The notes below the pieces were generated by a model. It searched no databases. It worked only from the letters and a program-made list of their open reading frames with translations, and was not told the DNA's origin. Below are positions 27,726 through 35,423 of a stretch of 49,117 nt of DNA, in pieces; position 1 is the first letter of the stretch, and each line of letters starts with the position of its first letter. Source of the stretch: an uncultured bacterium (GTDB lineage: Bacteria; Zhuqueibacterota; QNDG01; DSAB01). The translations under genes and the position numbers were made by a program. The DNA is taken from contig CAZTKR010000002.1 of the NCBI GenBank assembly GCA_964614115.1, positions 1 through 49,117 of the forward strand. Direction: 5' to 3'.

Positions 27726-28585
27726 AGGAAGTGGTCGTCATCAGCGGAAAAGGGGGGACGGGAAAGACGACGATAACGGCGTCCCTGGCGGCTCTGTGGA
27801 AAGACAAGGTGATTGCCGACTGCGACGTGGATGCAGCGGATATGCATCTGCTTCTCGACCCGACAATCCAGCAGAAATCCGATTTTTACAGCGGTGTGGA
27901 GGCTGTTATTGACGGCGATCGATGCACCCAGTGCGGCAAGTGCCTGGATGTGTGCCGATTTCATGCTATCACACCTGACTTTGTGGTCGATTCACTGGCC
28001 TGTGAGGGGTGCGGTGTGTGTCCTTATTTCTGTCCGATGGATGCCATATCCCTGGTGGAACGGCATTCGGGCGAGTGGTACGTTTCGGAAACCCGATTCG
28101 GCCCGATGGTCCACGCCCGGCTGGGCATCGCAGAGGAGAACTCGGGAAAACTGGTGAGCCTGATACGGAAAAAAGCCAAAGAGCTGGCCGAACAGCGAGG
28201 GCTGGATTTGATACTCGCCGATGGCTCGCCGGGTATCGGATGTCCCGTCATCAGCTCCATCACGGGTGCGTCGCTTGTCGTCATCGTGACCGAACCGACC
28301 GTCTCCGGCGTGCACGACATGGATCGGGTGTTGGGTTTGGCCAAACACTTCCAGATCCCGGCCGTGATGGTTATCAATAAATACGACCTGAACGAAGAAA
28401 TGACGCAAATCACGGAGGCTCGCGCTAAGGAATACGTTGCTCCGGTTTTAGGACGGATTCCTTACGATCCCGTGGTTACCCGGGCCATGGTGCAGGGCAA
28501 GACGGTGGTGGAATTCCAGGATGGGGCGGTTGCACAGGCTATCGAAGAGATCGGTCAAAAACTTTGGCAAAAAGTGAAAGCGTAG
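27722..28585 (+). CDS. MinD/ParA-type P-loop ATPase with inserted 2x[4Fe-4S] ferredoxin domain (COG1149-like), copy 2
   Basis: VISGKGGTGKTTITASLA. CTQCGKCLDVC and CEGCGVCPYFC. ADGSPGIGCPV. ATGA overlap with copy 1. Confidence 0.88.
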   Translation: MKEVVVISGKGGTGKTTITASLAALWKDKVIADCDVDAADMHLLLDPTIQQKSDFYSGVEAVIDGDRCTQCGKCLDVCRFHAITPDFVVDSLACEGCGVCPYFCPMDAISLVERHSGEWYVSETRFGPMVHARLGIAEENSGKLVSLIRKKAKELAEQRGLDLILADGSPGIGCPVISSITGASLVVIVTEPTVSGVHDMDRVLGLAKHFQIPAVMVINKYDLNEEMTQITEARAKEYVAPVLGRIPYDPVVTRAMVQGKTVVEFQDGAVAQAIEEIGQKLWQKVKA

Positions 28586-28594
28586 AGGGTCTAT

Positions 28595-28951
28595 ATGCCA
28601 CGTCCTAAAAAAAGCCGGTGGATCAGTTGTCATCCCGGTGTATCTTTCTTTAAACCCCAGGGCATCCCTCTGAGGATGCTGAATCAGGTGTATCTGGAGG
28701 TGGACGAGTTGGAGGCCATGCGTCTGGCCGACCTGGAGTCTCTCAGTCATGAAGACGCTGCTCAGAGGATGAATGTGTCCAGGGCCACCTTCGGAAGGAT
28801 CGTGGCTCTGGGACGGAAAAAGGTGGCCGATGCACTGGTTAACGGTAAAGCGATCCGGATCGAAGGAGGCGAGGTGGAGCTGCGGCCTCCTCTACCGCCC
28901 TTCGGCGGGCCCCACGGTCCGCGCGGTCGCAGGAGAGGGGGGTGGCAATAG
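28595..28951 (+). CDS. DUF134 (UPF0251) predicted DNA-binding protein
   Basis: MPRPKKSRWISCHPGVSFFKPQGIP...LEVDELEAMRLADLESLSHEDAAQRMNVSRATFGRIVALGRKKVADALVNGKAIRIEGG is the canonical DUF134 pattern with a sigma-70 region-4-like HTH. Gly/Pro/Arg-rich tail. Confidence 0.85.
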   Translation: MPRPKKSRWISCHPGVSFFKPQGIPLRMLNQVYLEVDELEAMRLADLESLSHEDAAQRMNVSRATFGRIVALGRKKVADALVNGKAIRIEGGEVELRPPLPPFGGPHGPRGRRRGGWQ

Positions 28952-29048
28952 GTCCATACACGATCTGCGACTGTATTAATCAGATAGGAACCCTGTCGGA
29001 GATGGAATGACCCAAACAACGATTTTACTGCAAAGGAATCAACAGTAG

Positions 29049-29537
29049 ATGCCGGACAATTTTGAGAAAGTATTCGAGAATATTCAGAAATATATCGTTG
29101 GGGATGCTTCTGAGCCCTATTCAGATAAAGTGTTGACTCTGGCCTACGAACCAGTGAATGTGGGCGAAATCGAGAATCCCGACGGTATTGCCAGAGTGAT
29201 GGGGGAATGCGGGGATTGGATGCAAATTTATTTAAAGATAACGAGTGATACGATATCGGAAGCGCGATTTTTAACCGACGGATGTGGAGCTACCATGGCC
29301 TGTGGCAGTGCTGTAACCGAATTGGTCAGGGGAAGGTCGCAGTGGGAAGCGATAAAGATCTATCCGCAGACGGTCATCCGATACCTGGATGGACTTCCCG
29401 CATCGCATATGCATTGTGCTGTTTTGGCCGTACAGGCGCTGAAGGAGGCATTAAAGTCGTTGAAGTCGTCGCCTGAGAAAGAGGGAACGCAACCGCATCT
29501 AAGGAATACCGAAAACGATCGACGGGATTCTGAGTAA
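29049..29537 (+). CDS. IscU/NifU N-terminal-domain-like Fe-S scaffold protein
   Basis: The three conserved scaffold Cys contexts are present: MGECGDWMQIYL, TDGCGATMACGSA and SHMHCAVLAVQALKEA. Confidence 0.82.
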   Translation: MPDNFEKVFENIQKYIVGDASEPYSDKVLTLAYEPVNVGEIENPDGIARVMGECGDWMQIYLKITSDTISEARFLTDGCGATMACGSAVTELVRGRSQWEAIKIYPQTVIRYLDGLPASHMHCAVLAVQALKEALKSLKSSPEKEGTQPHLRNTENDRRDSE

Positions 29538-29610
29538 GGGAATCGTTGAATACGGAATTTGAAATAAAATAAAGAGTGATCCATTTAACCAAATAAAGGA
29601 GGATCCTATC

Positions 29611-29973
29611 ATGCCAAGAGGAGACAGAACGGGGCCCATGGGTATGGGTCCTATGACAGGACGCGCAGCCGGTTATTGTGCCGGCTATGCCACGCCGGGA
29701 TATATGAGTCCCTACGGCGGCCGGTTTGGCCGAGGCATGGGCTGGGGACGCGGTGGTCGGTGGGGACGATGGGGTGGCTACGCCATGGGCTACCCCATGG
29801 GTTATCCTAACGTCATGCCGGCTTACGGTGCTGTTCCGTATGGAACGGCCTACGCACCGGAAAATGAGTTGGAGTTCCTTCAGAATCAGGCCAAGGTCTT
29901 GGGCGATCAACTGACCGATGTTCAGAAACGTATCGCAGACCTGGAGAAAGAGGTTAAGAAGGAACGCAAGTAG
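29611..29973 (+). CDS. DUF5320 family protein (Gly/Met/Tyr/Arg-rich N-half, coiled-coil C-half)
   Basis: MPRGDRTGPMGMGPMTGRAAGYCAGY is the N-terminal signature. Low-complexity GRFGRGMGWGRGGRWGRWGGYAMGYPMGYP. C-terminal ELEFLQNQAKVLGDQLTDVQKRIADLEKEVKKERK. Strong AAGGAGG SD. Confidence 0.8.
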   Translation: MPRGDRTGPMGMGPMTGRAAGYCAGYATPGYMSPYGGRFGRGMGWGRGGRWGRWGGYAMGYPMGYPNVMPAYGAVPYGTAYAPENELEFLQNQAKVLGDQLTDVQKRIADLEKEVKKERK

Positions 29974-30168
29974 ACTGAACCCAGGAGGCTGTTAAAAAAA
30001 CCGATGTGAATGCCTTGCGGGATAAAGAATCACCGATGGCAGGACTCATCAAAAATTCCAGATCAAGTCCTGCATATAATGCAAGACGTTCAGGGCTTCT
30101 TTGACAGCCTTCTGGAAGTAATCAGGATTCAGAGAACAGCGTGCATCAATCAATTAAGGAAAATACAG

Positions 30169-30423
30169 ATGCCAACGTACGAGTATGAATGCACCGATTG
30201 CGGCCATCGCTTTACGAAGTTCCAGAACATCACGGAATCGCCGGTTCAAGTATGTCCCGAATGTTCGGGATCGGTTCGACGCCTGATCTCAGGCGGCGCC
30301 GGTGTGGTGTTCAAGGGATCGGGATTTCATGCTACGGATTATCGTCGCGGTTCGGGAGATTCGGGGCCCTGCTGTGGGGAATCCGGTGGTTGTGACAATC
30401 CGAAGCGATGTTGCGGTCAGTGA
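30169..30423 (+). CDS. FmdB family zinc-ribbon protein with a Cys-rich tail
   Basis: MPTYEYECTDCGHRF...VCPECSG (CxxC...CxxC). Tail GPCCGESGGCDNPKRCCGQ. AAGGA SD 8 nt upstream of ATG 30169. The N-terminal extension in the track ORF (30010) is not typical for this family. Confidence 0.8.
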   Translation: MPTYEYECTDCGHRFTKFQNITESPVQVCPECSGSVRRLISGGAGVVFKGSGFHATDYRRGSGDSGPCCGESGGCDNPKRCCGQ

Positions 30424-30492
30424 ACATCGTTTTAAACTATCGGGATGAACCATCTTTGAATCGGTGTGTTCTGTCAAGAAGGAGGTTTTATC

Positions 30493-30678
30493 ATGCAACG
30501 AGGAATGGGTGGAGGACAAGGAAAGGGAAGGGGCCGTGGAGGGGGTAACCGTCCCGATTCCGGCCCCGGAGGCGAATGCCTCTGTCCCCAGTGTGGGAAA
30601 ACGGTACCGCATCAGGCGGGTAAGCCGTGCTATGAAACGATCTGTCCGCAATGCGGATCGCAAATGATGAGGAAATAA
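30493..30678 (+). CDS. small (61 aa) Gly/Arg-rich double CPxCG zinc-ribbon protein
   Basis: MQRGMGGGQGKGRGRGGGNRPDSGPGGECLCPQCGKTVPHQAGKPCYETICPQCGSQMMRK. AAGGAGG SD 8 nt upstream of ATG 30493. Confidence 0.65.
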   Translation: MQRGMGGGQGKGRGRGGGNRPDSGPGGECLCPQCGKTVPHQAGKPCYETICPQCGSQMMRK

Positions 30679-30693
30679 CAGAGGAGTGGGTGT

Positions 30694-31455
30694 ATGAAAA
30701 TTGCCATCACATCACAAGGGAAGGATCTGAATGCGAATCTCGATCCCCGTTTCGGTCGCTGCCAGTATTTCCTGATATACGATACCGAGTCCGAAGAACT
30801 GGAAGTCCTGGAGAATCCCAACATCAGTGCGGGGGGCGGAGCCGGCATTCAGGCTGCTCAAACCGTGGCGGAGAAAGGAGTGGAGGCCGTCCTGACGGGG
30901 AATGTCGGCCCCAATGCTTTTCGGACCCTTTCTGCCGCAGGGATCACCGTGTATGCGGGCGTACCGGGTCGCGTGCTGGACGCCATCGATGGATTGAAGC
31001 AAGGTGTGTTGAAGCCTTACAACGCGCCGTCCGTAGAATCCCATCATGGTATTCAGACGGTTTCGGACACATCCGCAGGGTCATCCGGTAAAAAACGTAT
31101 CGCCGTGGCTTCCGAGGGTGACCAAGGTCTGGATTCCAACGTCAGTGCTCATTTCGGGAGATGTCCGTATTACACCATCGTCGACGTGGAAGGGGACAAG
31201 ATCAGCTTGAGTTTTAAGGTTGAGAATCCCTTTTACGGTGCGCACGGTCATCCGGGACAGGTTCCGGGATTTATCCGGGATCAAGGCGCTCGTGTGATTA
31301 TTGCCGGTGGCATGGGACCTCGAGCCGTGGGATTTTTCAACGAGTTCGGAATCGAAGTCGTCACGGCCCCTATCGGAAAAGTGAAGGACTGCGTGGAGGG
31401 ATATCTCCAGGGTACCATTAAAGGATCGGAACCCTGCAAGCATGAGTCGTGTTAA
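30694..31455 (+). CDS. tandem NifX/NifB-C-terminal (Nitro_FeMo-Co, COG1433-like) domain protein
   Basis: Domain 1: MKIAITSQGKDLNANLDPRFGRCQYFLIYD...AEKGVEAVLTGNVGPNAF. Domain 2: KRIAVASEGDQGLDSNVSAHFGRCPYYTIVD...DQGARVIIAGGMGPRAV. Cys-containing tail GSEPCKHESC. Confidence 0.85.
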   Translation: MKIAITSQGKDLNANLDPRFGRCQYFLIYDTESEELEVLENPNISAGGGAGIQAAQTVAEKGVEAVLTGNVGPNAFRTLSAAGITVYAGVPGRVLDAIDGLKQGVLKPYNAPSVESHHGIQTVSDTSAGSSGKKRIAVASEGDQGLDSNVSAHFGRCPYYTIVDVEGDKISLSFKVENPFYGAHGHPGQVPGFIRDQGARVIIAGGMGPRAVGFFNEFGIEVVTAPIGKVKDCVEGYLQGTIKGSEPCKHESC

Positions 31456-31490
31456 TAACGTTTCCGTGGTATTGTGGAAAGGATCGCTGT

Positions 31491-32315
31491 ATGAATCAAC
31501 CTAAAGATAGAACGCAGCAGATGGAGGAACAGAACAGGCGCATTCAGCAGACTCTCGATCGCATCAAGAACCGCATCGTCGTGTTCAGTGGTAAAGGCGG
31601 CGTTGGGAAAACCACCGTGGCCGTCAACCTTGCTTACGCCCTCGTTGCAAGAGAAAAGAAGGTCGGTCTTCTTGATGCGGACATCACGGGGCCTAACGTT
31701 CCCAAGATGATCGGCCTGGAAGGCTCTCCGGGCGTGGATGGTGACAGTCGTGCCATAGCACCTCAGGTGAAGCATGGACTCAACGTCATCTCGATTGCGC
31801 CCCTGATTCCGGCCGATGCGCCGGTTATCTGGCGAGGGCCTCTACGGTCCGGTGCCATCACGCAATTTCTCTCCGATGTGATCTGGGGAGACCTGGATTT
31901 TCTCCTGGCCGACCTGCCACCGGGCACCGGAGACGAGGTGCTGACCACGGCTCAGAGAATGCTACCCCAGATGGCCATCGTGGTGACGACACCGCAAGAA
32001 ATTTCACTGACCGACTGCCGGAGGGCGGTGAACATGGCAAAGAAGCTGAACATTGCGAAGGTCGGTGTAGTCGAAAACATGTCTGGACTTGTTTGTCCCC
32101 ATTGCGGTCGTGAAATCGAAATTTTTGGAACCGGGGGCGGCGAGAAAATGGCCGATGAAATGAGTGCGATTTTCTTGGGGCGGATCCCCATGGAAATGGA
32201 GACCCGAGAGGGAGGGGATACCGGATCGCCCATCGTGCTGGTCAATGAGGAGAGCAAAACGGCTCAGGCATTTACCACGATTGCAGAGAATGTCATCACG
32301 CTTCTGTCGTCTTGA
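31491..32315 (+). CDS. Mrp/NBP35 (ApbC) family Fe-S cluster carrier ATPase
   Basis: VFSGKGGVGKTTVAVNLAYAL, DADITGPN, DLPPGTGDE and ENMSGLVCPHCGREIEIFG (CxxC). ATG 31491 after GGAAAGGA. Confidence 0.9.
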   Translation: MNQPKDRTQQMEEQNRRIQQTLDRIKNRIVVFSGKGGVGKTTVAVNLAYALVAREKKVGLLDADITGPNVPKMIGLEGSPGVDGDSRAIAPQVKHGLNVISIAPLIPADAPVIWRGPLRSGAITQFLSDVIWGDLDFLLADLPPGTGDEVLTTAQRMLPQMAIVVTTPQEISLTDCRRAVNMAKKLNIAKVGVVENMSGLVCPHCGREIEIFGTGGGEKMADEMSAIFLGRIPMEMETREGGDTGSPIVLVNEESKTAQAFTTIAENVITLLSS

Positions 32316-32333
32316 TTATCGGGAGATTACGGA

Positions 32334-32951
32334 ATGAGCGATCATTGGATTCAACCGAAAAAGAAGAAAGCGCTGGTCTGTGATTCATGTAAAAGCAAGA
32401 AATGTCGGAAGGAACATGACTGTTTCGGCATCGCCGATCAGATACTATCCGAATATACCGGTGAAGCCCTGACACTCGCCCAGGCGGCGAGTCGCATTGA
32501 GGGGAAGTACTACATGCAGAAGACACGTCTGGAGGAAGTCATGCTTTTTGCCCACGAGATGGGATATAAGAAGCTGGGCGTGGCGTTCTGTATTGGTCTT
32601 GCCCAGGAGGCACAGATTCTCTGCCGGTTTCTACGGAAGGAATTCGATGTGGTATCGGTGTGCTGTAAAGTGTGCGGAATCGAAAAGGATGTTCTCGATC
32701 TGGAGAAGATTGTTCCCAAAAAGACGGAAACGATGTGCAATCCCATCGGACAGGCAGCGCTTTTAAACCACGCGAAGACGGACTTGAATTTAATCTGCGG
32801 GCTGTGCATCGGTCATGACATTCAGTTCACACAGAATTCCAAGGCACCGGTGACGACGTTTATCGTGAAGGACCGCGTTCTGGGACACAACCCGGCCGCG
32901 TCTCTTTATTGCCGGTACCTTCGGAAGCGTATCGATAAAGACGAGGCGTGA
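32334..32951 (+). CDS. DUF1847 family Cys-rich (metal-binding) protein
   Basis: CDSCKSKKCRKEHDC, VVSVCCKVCG, MCNP and LICGLCIGHD match my recollection of DUF1847. Confidence 0.72.
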   Translation: MSDHWIQPKKKKALVCDSCKSKKCRKEHDCFGIADQILSEYTGEALTLAQAASRIEGKYYMQKTRLEEVMLFAHEMGYKKLGVAFCIGLAQEAQILCRFLRKEFDVVSVCCKVCGIEKDVLDLEKIVPKKTETMCNPIGQAALLNHAKTDLNLICGLCIGHDIQFTQNSKAPVTTFIVKDRVLGHNPAASLYCRYLRKRIDKDEA

Positions 32952-32994
32952 GCCTGTTAACGGCACCCTTCGTCCTTGTGAGAGGAGATGGCTT

Positions 32995-33942
32995 TTGAAG
33001 AAAACATTTGGCCCTGTGCCGTCACGGCGGTTGGGTAGGAGCCTGGGAATCAACACGATCCCTCCCAAGGTGTGCAGTTATTCCTGCGTGTACTGCCAGG
33101 TAGGCCGTACGAAGCGGCTGCGCATGGAGCGAGGGCCGTTCTACTCCCCGGCAGCCCTGTTCAGGGATGTCCAGCGTCGAGTGGAGGAGGCACGGACGGC
33201 AGGGGAATCCATCGATTACCTGACCATCGTTCCCGATGGCGAGCCGACTCTGGACAGCGCCCTGGGCCGCGAACTCGACTATTTTCGGCGGTTGGATATC
33301 AAGATAGCGGTGATTACCAACGGATCGTTAATCTGGCAGGACGAGGTTAGGCGGCAACTGGCAAAGGCCGACTGGGTTTCCCTGAAAGTAGATGCCGTGG
33401 AAACGGCCATCTGGAAGAAGATTAATCGGCCTCATGGTGTACTTCGTCTGGAAGAAATCAAAAAAGGGATGCACCAATTTGCCGAGACATTTTCCGGCGA
33501 ACTGGTGACAGAGACGATGCTCGTGGCCGGCGTGAACGACGACGAGACCCATCTTTCGAAACTGGCTGAATTTTTGGGTCGGTTGTGTCCCTCGAAAGCG
33601 TATCTGTCCGTTCCCACACGGCCGCCGGCCGAGACGTGGGTCCATCCCCCAGACGAAGATACCATCACACGTGCGTATCAGATCGTGAGCGAGCATGTGG
33701 AATGTGTTGAATACCTCATCGGGTACGAGGGCAATGCCTTTGCCTCCACGGGGGATGTGGAAGACGATTTGTTGAGTATCACGGCCGTACACCCGATGCG
33801 GGAAGAGGCTGTGAACGATTTGTTGGGACGTACCCAGACCGATTGGTCAACCGTTGAAAGACTGGTCGCAGAGAAAAAACTCGTTTCCACACAGTACAGG
33901 GGACGAACATTTTATACGAGAAAGATCGGAGCAAAAACATGA
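32995..33942 (+). CDS. radical SAM protein (COG0731-like)
   Basis: N-terminal FGPVPSRRLGRSLGIN followed by CSYSCVYCQ (CxxxCxxC). TTG start at 32995, 7 nt after GAGGAG. Confidence 0.82.
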   Translation: MKKTFGPVPSRRLGRSLGINTIPPKVCSYSCVYCQVGRTKRLRMERGPFYSPAALFRDVQRRVEEARTAGESIDYLTIVPDGEPTLDSALGRELDYFRRLDIKIAVITNGSLIWQDEVRRQLAKADWVSLKVDAVETAIWKKINRPHGVLRLEEIKKGMHQFAETFSGELVTETMLVAGVNDDETHLSKLAEFLGRLCPSKAYLSVPTRPPAETWVHPPDEDTITRAYQIVSEHVECVEYLIGYEGNAFASTGDVEDDLLSITAVHPMREEAVNDLLGRTQTDWSTVERLVAEKKLVSTQYRGRTFYTRKIGAKT

Positions 33943-34652
33943 AGATCAAACCCAAATTGAATCTGATCATCGATGTATTCATGTTCCTGCTGATGATGGC
34001 TATCGGTGGCATCGGATTCCTGATTAAGTTTATCCTTATTCCCGGGAGTGCGCGTTGGATACGTTACGGGGAGAACGTGGAGCTTTACTTTTGGGGAATG
34101 GACAGGCACTAATGGGGAGCGGTTCATTTGGTACTGGGACTGGTTTTATTGGGCCTGTTGCTCTTACATATTGTTTTGCATTGGAAACTTATCAAAATAT
34201 ATTTCGGTCTGCTCTTTACGGGTAAAAAGACGAGAGTCGGTCTATTCATCTTGTTTGCGTTGGCGAGCCTGGTGCTGCTGTTCTTTGCCTTTTTTGTACC
34301 TTACGATGTGGTTCCCCAAGGCCAGGGAGAGGGGCATCACCGGATGGAAAGGGCAGCTACCGAACCTTCGGTAGAATCGACGGAGACACCGAAGCCCGTC
34401 TCCCAACCGGTCCAGCGGGAAGAAGAAGCGCATAACCATCACCACACAGACGACATCGACATAAACGGGCGCATGACACTGTATCAGGTTGCAAGGACGT
34501 ATCACGTGCCGGTGGACTCTCTGAAAGCGGCTCTGGGCATTCCTTTGGCCGTGTCCGGCCAGGAAAAACTAGGGCAGCTTCGCCGGCGCATGCATTTTCA
34601 TATGAGCGATATCGAATTGTACATTACCAAGTATCATCAACGACGAGATTAA
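33939..34652 (+). pseudogene. DUF4405-like membrane protein with a C-terminal soluble domain, interrupted by an in-frame TAA (34110-34112)
   Basis: The frame starting at ATG 33939 (ATGA overlap with the radical SAM stop) reads MKIKPKLNLIIDVFMFLLMMAIGGIGFLIKFILIPGSARWIRYGENVELYFWGMDRH-TAA-WGAVHLVLGLVLLGLLLLHIVLHWKLIKIYF.... The two halves together form the two-helix DUF4405 pattern. The track only reports the downstream part, from TTG 34128. Confidence 0.55.
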
Positions 34653-34667
34653 TAACAGGAGGTAAAA

Positions 34668-34967
34668 ATGGCGCACGAGGGCTATCATGAATCCGACGCT
34701 CATTTAAGCGAAGAAACCAAGGATTATCATAGAGCGCTTGTTTCTCTCAACGAAGAGTTGGAAGCCGTGGATTGGTATCAACAACGAATCGACGTCACCA
34801 AGGACGAATCACTTAAAAAGATATTGGAGCACAACCGGGATGAAGAGAAAGAACATGCCGCCATGCTCATCGAATACCTCCGGCGCAGGGACCCTGCTTT
34901 TGCCAAAGAGTTGAAGGACTACCTTTTTTCTGATCCCGACGTGGAGATTGTGGATCTGGAAGACTGA
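34668..34967 (+). CDS. encapsulated-ferritin (EncFtn) family ferritin-like protein, no recognisable targeting peptide
   Basis: HRALVSLNEELEAVDWYQQRID and LEHNRDEEKEHAAMLIEYLRRRDP match the EncFtn ferroxidase-site helices. 99 aa. Ends in the acidic SDPDVEIVDLED. AGGAGG SD. Confidence 0.82.
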   Translation: MAHEGYHESDAHLSEETKDYHRALVSLNEELEAVDWYQQRIDVTKDESLKKILEHNRDEEKEHAAMLIEYLRRRDPAFAKELKDYLFSDPDVEIVDLED

Positions 34968-34979
34968 AAGGAGAACATC

Positions 34980-35423
34980 ATGAAGAAGATCGGTATTATC
35001 ATATGCGGACGATACAAGGACTGCGGCGGGGGGAAATGCCTACGATCCATGCGGGAGCACGTGGGAGGGTTCGCCGTTTATCCCAAAGACGAGGAACTGC
35101 AGCTGGTGGGGTATTCGTACTGCGGGGACTGTCCCGGTGGGAACGTGGAATACGTGCCCGAGGAGATGATTAAAAACGGAGCCGAAGTGATCCATCTGGC
35201 CACGGGTCTTGTGGTGGGATACCCGCCCTGCCCGCGAATTCGGCATTTCAAGGAATTCATCGAAAAATGCTACAACATCCCGGTCGTCATCGGAACGCAT
35301 CCCATACCGCTGAAATATCTCGATAATCATAAAAAGTTATCATTCTGGAAGAATATGAGGATGGATGAATTGGCCGGTGATTTGATGAAGGAAGATCAAA
35401 AGATCATGGAGGCGTACAATTGA
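34980..35423 (+). CDS. CGGC domain protein
   Basis: MKKIGIIICGRYKDCGGGKC, SYCGDCPGG and GYPPCP. AAAGGAG SD. Confidence 0.8.
   Translation: MKKIGIIICGRYKDCGGGKCLRSMREHVGGFAVYPKDEELQLVGYSYCGDCPGGNVEYVPEEMIKNGAEVIHLATGLVVGYPPCPRIRHFKEFIEKCYNIPVVIGTHPIPLKYLDNHKKLSFWKNMRMDELAGDLMKEDQKIMEAYN

Noticed and set aside
30071-30083. TGCAT-ATA-ATGCA dyad upstream of the FmdB gene as a second operator related to TGAGCATATGCTCA.
   Set aside because: It shares only the GCAT/ATGC core, has a different spacing and has short arms (5 bp). It also contains a TATAAT hexamer, so it may simply be promoter-like AT-rich sequence. It is mentioned under the operator finding but not called as a feature.
30694-31455. 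Nitrogen-fixation (nif) cluster interpretation because of NifS, NifU-like and NifX/NifB-like names.
   Set aside because: No nifH/D/K/E/N and no full-length NifB (radical SAM + NifX fusion) is present. These domains are widespread in non-diazotrophic anaerobes as generic Fe-S proteins.
34110-34112. Selenocysteine, pyrrolysine or stop-codon reassignment as an explanation for the in-frame stop in the DUF4405-like gene.
   Set aside because: The codon is TAA, not TGA (Sec) or TAG (Pyl). TAA clearly terminates other well-defined genes in this window (nifS, purC, mntP, the EEP gene).
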